Source: Candidatus Aminicenantia bacterium (GTDB lineage: Bacteria; Acidobacteriota; Aminicenantia; UBA2199). Taken from it: a stretch of 60,019 nt of DNA. The stretch covers positions 1 to 60,019 of the forward strand of contig JBGSPO010000181.1 of the NCBI GenBank assembly GCA_041738575.1, written 5' to 3'. Both the position numbers and the translations under genes were made by a program. Positions 38,080-43,839 of the stretch are shown here, in pieces; the stretch's first letter is position 1; each line of letters starts with the position of its first letter. The notes beneath the pieces were generated by a model. It did no database searches, was not told where the DNA came from, and saw only the letters and a list, made by a program, of their open reading frames with translations.

Positions 38080-38580
38080 ATGGCCAAAGTAGTTTTTAAA
38101 ACGGGAGACGATGTCTCCACCGATATCATCTATCCTGGCCGCTTCATGGCCACCGTCCTGCCGACCGAGACCCCGCAGTTCGCCTTCATCGATTATCCCG
38201 ATTTCAATGCCAAGATCAAGAGCAAGGAGTTCCCGCCGCAGAGCATCATCGTGGCCGGCAAGAACTTCGGCTGCGGCTCCTCGCGCGAGCAGGCCGCCTC
38301 GTGCCTGAAGGGCCCCGACTTCGTGGTGATCGCCCGCAACTTTTCGCGCATCTTCCTGCAGAACGCCATCAACCTGGGCTTGAAAATGGTGATCTGCCCG
38401 GCCATCGATGCCAATGTCGGCGACGAACTGGAGATCACGGCTGACCAGGTGGTCAACAAGACCTCGGGCAAGAGCTTCCCGATCATCGCCCTGCCCAAGG
38501 CCCGGCAGGCCATCATCGACGCCGGCGGGCTGATCCCTTTCGCCCGCAAGCTGGTGATCGCTTCCCAGGGCAAGCGCTGA
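38080..38580 (+). CDS. aconitase-family dehydratase small subunit (LeuD / HacB type)
   Basis: 166 aa. Motifs DDVSTDIIYPGRF and AGKNFGCGSSREQA. ATG lies 4 nt after the large-subunit stop. Confidence 0.88.
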   Translation: MAKVVFKTGDDVSTDIIYPGRFMATVLPTETPQFAFIDYPDFNAKIKSKEFPPQSIIVAGKNFGCGSSREQAASCLKGPDFVVIARNFSRIFLQNAINLGLKMVICPAIDANVGDELEITADQVVNKTSGKSFPIIALPKARQAIIDAGGLIPFARKLVIASQGKR

Positions 38581-38582
38581 GC

Positions 38583-39404
38583 TTGTCGGCACTGAATTTC
38601 AAGGAGGCGTTGGCAGCCCTCGCCAGGGCGTTTCCCGCATACTTGTTCCATGCGGCAGCCCTGGTTCTCGGCGGACTGCTGATTCTCCTTGAATTCGGGT
38701 TGGCCTTGTTTGCTTTGCGCCTGGCGCGGATCACGGCTCCCGCAGCGGCTCCGCTCCTGGCGGCATTGATCCTGCTGGGAGGCTGGCTGACCGTCCTGGC
38801 CTGGCAGCGCTTCTTCCTCTACCGTCGCCGTGCCATCATGCTTGCCATGTTCTTCGGGATGGCTCCCGCCCAGGCCGGGTCCGAGGCCCGGCGCTTTTTT
38901 CCGGTCTATTCAAGCTGGGTCCGCTGGAACCGCCGTGTGCGCCAGGCATTCATTGGCCTGGGCGTGGAAAACGAGCCGGCAGCCCTCTCCACGCCTGGAA
39001 CTTTCGGCCGGCTGGCCGAGGCGGCATTCAGTGCGGTTGTCTTCGCCCTGGCTTTCGCCCGCGGCGGCGATCCGGCGGCGGCGATCCGGGAAAGTGTGGC
39101 GCTCTATTGGCGGCACGGGAACCAGGCCAGGCGCCTGATAAAAAGCTGGTCTATGTTTTCGCTTGCCGGCCTGGCGCTTCTTTTCCTGTTCCTGGCCCTG
39201 CCCAACTGGTTCATTTTCAGCAGCGCCGGCGCGCCCCCGGCGATCGGGCTTGTCCTGGCCCTGGTCATCGCCTGGACGCTGCACCAGGCCTTCATCTCGC
39301 CGTTGGCCCTGGCCGGAGCGAGCGCAGCGCTGTTGTCCGAAACTCAAGGCTGTGAACCCGATGCCGCCCTCTGCGAAAAAATCGCGCTCCTGCTTACTCC
39401 TTGA
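38583..39404 (+). CDS. hypothetical polytopic membrane protein
   Basis: 273-aa ORF with a TTG start, 4-5 hydrophobic segments and no recognised family. Its stop codon lies inside alpha-2-macroglobulin (A2M) 3'-end relic D. Confidence 0.4.
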   Translation: MSALNFKEALAALARAFPAYLFHAAALVLGGLLILLEFGLALFALRLARITAPAAAPLLAALILLGGWLTVLAWQRFFLYRRRAIMLAMFFGMAPAQAGSEARRFFPVYSSWVRWNRRVRQAFIGLGVENEPAALSTPGTFGRLAEAAFSAVVFALAFARGGDPAAAIRESVALYWRHGNQARRLIKSWSMFSLAGLALLFLFLALPNWFIFSSAGAPPAIGLVLALVIAWTLHQAFISPLALAGASAALLSETQGCEPDAALCEKIALLLTP

Positions 39405-39463
39405 CTCGACCGTCTCACTGGTGATCATGCCGGAGTACTGTGGGTGGTTCATCCCATGGTCGA
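39394..39463 (-). pseudogene. relic D: truncated, frameshifted copy of the alpha-2-macroglobulin gene 3' end
   Basis: The first 12 nt (ttactccttgac) are identical to 43840-43851. Overall identity is about 75% over 70 nt, with one 1-nt deletion. It translates to MNHPQYSGMITSETVE, compared with MYHPQYFGRTAIQTIEV in the intact gene. Confidence 0.65.
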
Positions 39464-39617
39464 AAAACCATTATTGAAATACTGCAAATATATTGATTAC
39501 ATGAAAGATTTCAGGCAAATTCAGAAAAAGGACTTGCAGCCATGATGCATAAATGATTTGCGAGATTATTCCTTGTCGCTATCCCCTTTGGCATGCGTGT
39601 TGCCTAATTGGCCTATC

Positions 39618-40859
39618 TCAGAACAGGCGCCAGGAAGCCAGCACGGCAAGGATCCCCAGAGACGACAGCGCCATGATCGTGCAGTGGATGCGGCCGGCCA
39701 GGGTCCAGTAGCGAGCGTGCCACGCCTTCCAGCAGACAACGAGCAGGACAGAGCTCAAGAGGATGAACAGCCAGGGCCCGAGGCGCAGGGCCCCGCCGTG
39801 GGCAGGGACCAGCCGCGGGGCCGAGAGCAGGAGCAGGAGATACGCGGACTGGAGCAAGGCGATCGCACCGAGAGCGAGCTTGACGGACAGCGGTACCCGC
39901 TTCGCGATCGATTTGCCTGCCTTTTCCTTTCTCAGCCAGCGGAAAATGGCTCGCGACACCCAGAAAAGCAGGGTGAACAGCAGGAACCAAAGGGCGAACG
40001 AGGTAAAAAAAAATGCCCCTCGGGAGGCGAGCATCCGTGCCTCCAGCTTGGGAGGAAACAGGGGGACCGTGTCGATGCTGTGACGTCCCTTGGCGAGCTC
40101 GGCTTCCAGATCGAACACGATCTCCCGGTTGAAATCATGGAAATGGTAATAATGGATCCGCCTGGCATTCAGGTCCAGGACATAAGAGTACTGGGTGTTT
40201 CTCCCGCTCACGGCCCGCAGAATTTCGCGGCAGGAGGCCACGGTCGGAGTCTCCATCCGCGACAGCATGCCCACGGCCGTCCGGTAACGAGGGCAGGTGG
40301 GCCCGTGGCCTGCCAGCTCGGACTGGCGGAAATTGGTACAGACCTGGAAGCGTCCGTCGCCGCGGATGATCCGCTCGCCCTCGATGATGATCGAATTGCC
40401 GTTCCGGTCGCCAAACATCCACTGGGCGGAATACAAGCGGATGCGGTGCCGGCGGGCCAGCGCCTCCACTTCGCCGACGGTGGCGCACTCGGCCAGCGAC
40501 TTGTCCACGAAGTCGAAAGACAGGTCCTGGACATGAGTTCCGTCTGCCTGGGCCGGCACGAGGCGCGGGACGGCGAAGCCGTCGATAAAGAGCCCCTGGT
40601 CGTTCATGCCCCCTTCCCGCTCCTCGGCATTTCCGGCGGGATCGAACGTGCCGAAATAGACCATGCCGTGGCGAGCGGGGCCGCCGGGAATGAACCAGAT
40701 GCGCAGGTTCGTGGCGTTGTTGTCCTCGTTGTTGCCCACAAGAGTTGTTTTGGCATTCCGCACGATGAAGCCCGTGCAGGCGTGAGCAAACGGTGAAAGC
40801 AGGGCAAAGAGCAGCAGGGCCAGCGGCAGCGCTGGTGGCATGCTTCTCTGTCGTGTCAT
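39618..40859 (-). CDS. exported Ntn-hydrolase (choloylglycine hydrolase/C59-like or C45-like) with a C-terminal 4-helix membrane domain
   Basis: Signal peptide MTRQRSMPPALPLALLLFALLSPFAHA is followed directly by Cys (CTGFIV...VGNNEDNN), the hallmark of an N-terminal nucleophile. The last about 130 aa contain four hydrophobic helices. The 563-aa track ORF is an upstream run-on through relic B. Confidence 0.6.
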   Translation of the reverse strand: MTRQRSMPPALPLALLLFALLSPFAHACTGFIVRNAKTTLVGNNEDNNATNLRIWFIPGGPARHGMVYFGTFDPAGNAEEREGGMNDQGLFIDGFAVPRLVPAQADGTHVQDLSFDFVDKSLAECATVGEVEALARRHRIRLYSAQWMFGDRNGNSIIIEGERIIRGDGRFQVCTNFRQSELAGHGPTCPRYRTAVGMLSRMETPTVASCREILRAVSGRNTQYSYVLDLNARRIHYYHFHDFNREIVFDLEAELAKGRHSIDTVPLFPPKLEARMLASRGAFFFTSFALWFLLFTLLFWVSRAIFRWLRKEKAGKSIAKRVPLSVKLALGAIALLQSAYLLLLLSAPRLVPAHGGALRLGPWLFILLSSVLLVVCWKAWHARYWTLAGRIHCTIMALSSLGILAVLASWRLF

Positions 40860-40962
40860 AATTTTATTACGTGCGGGACGGATTGAAGGTTCAACGCCTG
40901 GCGGCCATTTCCAAAATCCGCGGCGTCCAGGCCCGGCTTCTCCGAGGAACTTGCTCCTCTGT

Positions 40963-41133
40963 TTATTCCCTAACCTCAACCTGCCGGATCGCCGTGCGGC
41001 CGAAATACTGCGGGTGGTACATGCCCTGGGCGACCGTGGGCATCCAGGTGAAGCGGCCCGAATACATGGCCTTGATGAAATAGACGATGCGCAGCGGCCC
41101 CTGCATGGAATAGGTGTAGAAGACCAGGCGGTC
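40963..41133 (-). pseudogene. relic B: truncated copy of the last 56 codons plus stop of the alpha-2-macroglobulin gene
   Basis: Hand alignment to 43840-44010 gives 155/171 nt identical with no indels, including a 62-nt perfect run (40997-41058 = 43874-43935). It encodes DRLVFYTYSMQGPLRIVYFIKAMYSGRFTWMPTVAQGMYHPQYFGRTAIRQVEVRE and a stop. Similarity ends abruptly upstream of 41133. Confidence 0.85.
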
Positions 41134-41217
41134 TGGCGCAATGGTCTGATTTGGATCTTCGAGTAGGCAGTATCGCCCGTCATTGACAATGTAAATGATC
41201 TGCTGCAGAATCGAAGC

Positions 41218-41604
41218 ATGGTGAAACGACCGCCGCCGGCGATTCGCGCCATCCTTTGCTCCCTGCTTGTCATTTCCGCCCTGCTTCCGGCAGCCGGCTG
41301 CAGGTCCATGGCTGCCCAGCAAAAAAAGATCGACGCCTATGAGGCCTCGGGCAAGTGTTTCAAATGCAAAGGCAGCGGCGAGGTCGAATGCCCGCAATGC
41401 AAGGGCCGGGGATGGATCACGTGCCCCCGGTGTTCGGGCAGCGGCAGAAACTCCGGCGTGCCGGCGACCAGCGTCGATCCCGCGAATTTTTGTCAGGCGT
41501 GCCAGGGCCATGGCCAGCTCGCTTGCCCGAATTGCGATGGCTTTTCACGCCTGAGTTGTGACCGCTGCGGTGGCAGCGGCATTGCTCCCCAAAAAGCGTA
41601 TTGA
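41218..41604 (+). CDS. lipoprotein with six DnaJ-type CxxCxGxG zinc-finger motifs
   Basis: Lipobox LLPAAGC. Motifs CFKCKGSG, CPQCKGRG, CPRCSGSG, CQACQGHG, CPNCDG and CDRCGGSG. 128 aa. Confidence 0.65.
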   Translation: MVKRPPPAIRAILCSLLVISALLPAAGCRSMAAQQKKIDAYEASGKCFKCKGSGEVECPQCKGRGWITCPRCSGSGRNSGVPATSVDPANFCQACQGHGQLACPNCDGFSRLSCDRCGGSGIAPQKAY

Positions 41605-41718
41605 CCTCGGGGATCCCACCATGAGGAAAATTGATTTTCCTGTCAGTTTCACGTATGGATTTTAGGCGGAAGGGAGCCGGAATGCCCCCGACCTGCCTGA
41701 TCAAGGGGAGATAGGATC

Positions 41719-42285
41719 GTGCGCAACCAACACACTGCCTTGCTGATTTTATTGTTCGCATGTACCACTGCCGGATGCACGAGAGACATAGAGCTTGTCG
41801 GCTATGGTCTCCGTCCTGGAATCCAGCATGGACTGAAAGTCGAGTTGGTCGGCAACGGCCCGAGCGGGGCATTGATCAGCGTTCAGAACATGTCGAACAA
41901 TATCATATCGATCAATCAATCGCCCTTGGCAATCATTGTCTCCGTGAAGAGGCGCAAGGGTGAGGGATTGGTCGCTGTCGAGCCTTGCGAGCGCATCATG
42001 ATCCACATGAATACCTCTCCGCGGCCAGATGATTTTGTAATCATTGCGCCGCGCCAGACGAGGAACATTTCTGTCCCCGTTTCATACAAAGCGGATCGCT
42101 ACCATACACTCGATAAAATCTACAGGATCGAGAAGGGCGATCTGTACGAGGTCGAAGTGCGGCTCGTTCCATATTTTGGAACATTCACCCAGGAGACGGC
42201 CGGCAAGACGTTGGCCGCTCTCATGATCCCAAACTATCTGCCCCAACCGTTGATGATGAATACCATGACCATCCGGGCGCGATAA
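41719..42285 (+). CDS. hypothetical lipoprotein
   Basis: GTG start. Signal and lipobox LLILLFACTTAGC. 188 aa, beta-rich, no recognised domain, and visibly lower GC than its neighbours. Confidence 0.5.
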   Translation: MRNQHTALLILLFACTTAGCTRDIELVGYGLRPGIQHGLKVELVGNGPSGALISVQNMSNNIISINQSPLAIIVSVKRRKGEGLVAVEPCERIMIHMNTSPRPDDFVIIAPRQTRNISVPVSYKADRYHTLDKIYRIEKGDLYEVEVRLVPYFGTFTQETAGKTLAALMIPNYLPQPLMMNTMTIRAR

Positions 42286-42288
42286 TGG

Positions 42289-42444
42289 TTATTCCGCTTC
42301 ACCGGGGCGGTGATTGTCCCTCCCGGGTTCCTTGCTGACCTCGATGGTCTGGATGGCGGTGCGGCCGAAGTACTGCGGGCGGTATATGCCCCGGACGGTC
42401 GCCGGCATCCAGTTGCGGCGGCTGGTGTTGACTGCCCGGAAACC
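42289..42444 (-). pseudogene. relic C: diverged truncated copy of an alpha-2-macroglobulin 3' end
   Basis: It translates to NGFRAVNTSRRNWMPATVRGIYRPQYFGRTAIQTIEVSKE plus a 12-codon tail and a TAA. Identity to 43849-43926 is about 80% over 42337-42414. An in-frame stop lies immediately upstream (42466-42468). Confidence 0.75.
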
Positions 42445-42558
42445 GTTCGATCCCCTATTGGCATATCATTTGACTTTATTTTGCTTCGGAGTATAAAGGC
42501 ACGAAGAAGGCTCCCGAGCGGGAGCTGCGGTATTTCAGGATCAGCAGGAGGTGTTCGC

Positions 42559-43692
42559 ATGTGTCAACGATGGGTCAGTGTCCTCTTCGTGGTGATGGCG
42601 TTTTCCCTGATATTACCCGGCCAGGCCGGATCTTGGAAGCAGATCGGCAAGGCCAAGGCCTGGGCCGGCACCATTGCCGGGGTGCCGCTCAACGGCAAGC
42701 TCTATACGGTGGATCAGAGCGGGGCGCTCTACGCGACCGAGCCGGCCAGCGGGGCCTGGAAACAACTGGGCAAGCCCGACTTCACCGCCACTGCGCTGCT
42801 GATGGCGGCTGCCGGCAGGCTTTTCACCATCGAGAATGACGGAAGCCTGTACGCGATCGATCCTGCCAGCGGCGCGTGGCAGCGGCTGGGCGCGGCCGGG
42901 TCCTGGGCTGGCACCATTGCCGGCGTGGGGCTGAACGGCAAGCTCTATACCGTGGAAAAGAGCGGCGCCCTGTACGTGACCGATCCCGCCAGTGGGGCAT
43001 TCAAGCTTCTCGGCAAACCCGATTTTGCCGCCACCGCTTTTCTGCTGGCTGCGGCCGGCAAGCTCTATTCCATTGAAAAGGACGGCAGCCTCTATGCCAT
43101 CGAGCCGGCTAACGGGTCCTGGAAACGGGTCGGAGCCGCTGCAGGCTGGGCCAACACGATTGCTGCCTGCGGCACGCCGGGCGCCATCCTGACCGTCGAG
43201 CGCGGCGGCAAGCTCTATGCCACCGATCCTGCCAGCGGAGTCTGGAAACAACTTGGCAAGACCGACTTCGCCGCCACCCGCTTCATGCTCCCCTGCTCGG
43301 GCAACCTCTTCACCATCGAGCGGGAAGGCAGTCTCTTTCAAGTGGACATCGGCGGGGCTGCGCCCTCCCTGGCGCCAGCGCCGGTGGCAAACACGGCGAG
43401 CGCCGCCGCAGTGGCCGGCAATCTGACTTTTGCCTTCATGGGCACCTGGCTGAACGAATCGGGCATGACCATGAGGGTGACCCTCGACGGCATCACCATG
43501 TCGATGGACGGCAAGCAGATCGGCCCGATCCCGTTCCAGGTGATCACCTCCAAAGGCAACACGCTGCTGATCGAAAGCAGCGAACCCGGCAAGGGGCCGA
43601 CCCGCCAGGAGATCGTCTTTCTCGAGGCCAAGCGCATTCAAATGGGCGAACAGGGGAGGACGGACCGGACCCTGACCTTCGTCAAGAAGTAG
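42559..43692 (+). CDS. secreted repeat (putative six-bladed beta-propeller) protein with a small C-terminal domain
   Basis: Signal peptide MCQRWVSVLFVVMAFSLILPGQAG. Six about 40-aa units of the type GKLYTVxxSGALYxTDPASGAWKxLGKPDF. CAGGAGG RBS before the ATG at 42559. The track ORF start at 42310 runs through relic C. Confidence 0.65.
   Translation: MCQRWVSVLFVVMAFSLILPGQAGSWKQIGKAKAWAGTIAGVPLNGKLYTVDQSGALYATEPASGAWKQLGKPDFTATALLMAAAGRLFTIENDGSLYAIDPASGAWQRLGAAGSWAGTIAGVGLNGKLYTVEKSGALYVTDPASGAFKLLGKPDFAATAFLLAAAGKLYSIEKDGSLYAIEPANGSWKRVGAAAGWANTIAACGTPGAILTVERGGKLYATDPASGVWKQLGKTDFAATRFMLPCSGNLFTIEREGSLFQVDIGGAAPSLAPAPVANTASAAAVAGNLTFAFMGTWLNESGMTMRVTLDGITMSMDGKQIGPIPFQVITSKGNTLLIESSEPGKGPTRQEIVFLEAKRIQMGEQGRTDRTLTFVKK
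42661..43389 (+). repeat. three in-frame tandem repeats of 243 nt inside the propeller gene
   Basis: Units start at 42661, 42904 and 43147 (tgggccggcaccattgcc / tgggctggcaccattgcc / tgggccaacacgattgct). Units 1 and 2 are clearly similar at the nucleotide level; unit 3 is more diverged. Confidence 0.8.
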
Positions 43693-43839
43693 CCACGCAG
43701 CTTTATCGCTGGGCAGATCAACGCCGGTTCAAGAGATCACCGCATCCCCTGGACGGGCGGTCAGTAGTATCACGTCGGCTCGAAGCCGGATTTCCAGAAC
43801 GACGCCCCGGGACGAATAATTTGCTGCCGGGCCTCGGGA

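Noticed and set aside
39566-39585. A possible fourth A2M relic (ttattccttgtcgc resembles the ttactccttgac / ttattccctaac gene ends).
   Set aside because: Only about 10 nt match and no similarity continues beyond them. This is indistinguishable from chance in an AT-rich spacer.
39558-40796. A 412-aa plus-strand ORF opposite the Ntn hydrolase.
   Set aside because: Its composition is R/G/P/Q/E-rich and low-complexity with no motifs. The minus-strand product has a signal peptide, an Ntn Cys and TM helices.
40963-41511. A 182-aa minus-strand ORF, and the 563-aa run-on 39618-41309, as possible real genes.
   Set aside because: Only the last about 56 codons of the first ORF (relic B) resemble A2M. 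The remainder is antisense to the zinc-finger lipoprotein gene and looks non-coding. The 563-aa ORF is an upstream run-on of the Ntn hydrolase, whose signal peptide starts at 40859.
42310-42558. An upstream extension of the propeller gene, which starts at 42310 in the ORF track.
   Set aside because: The extension is the antisense of relic C and has no signal peptide. The ATG at 42559 has a CAGGAGG RBS and is followed by a clear signal peptide.
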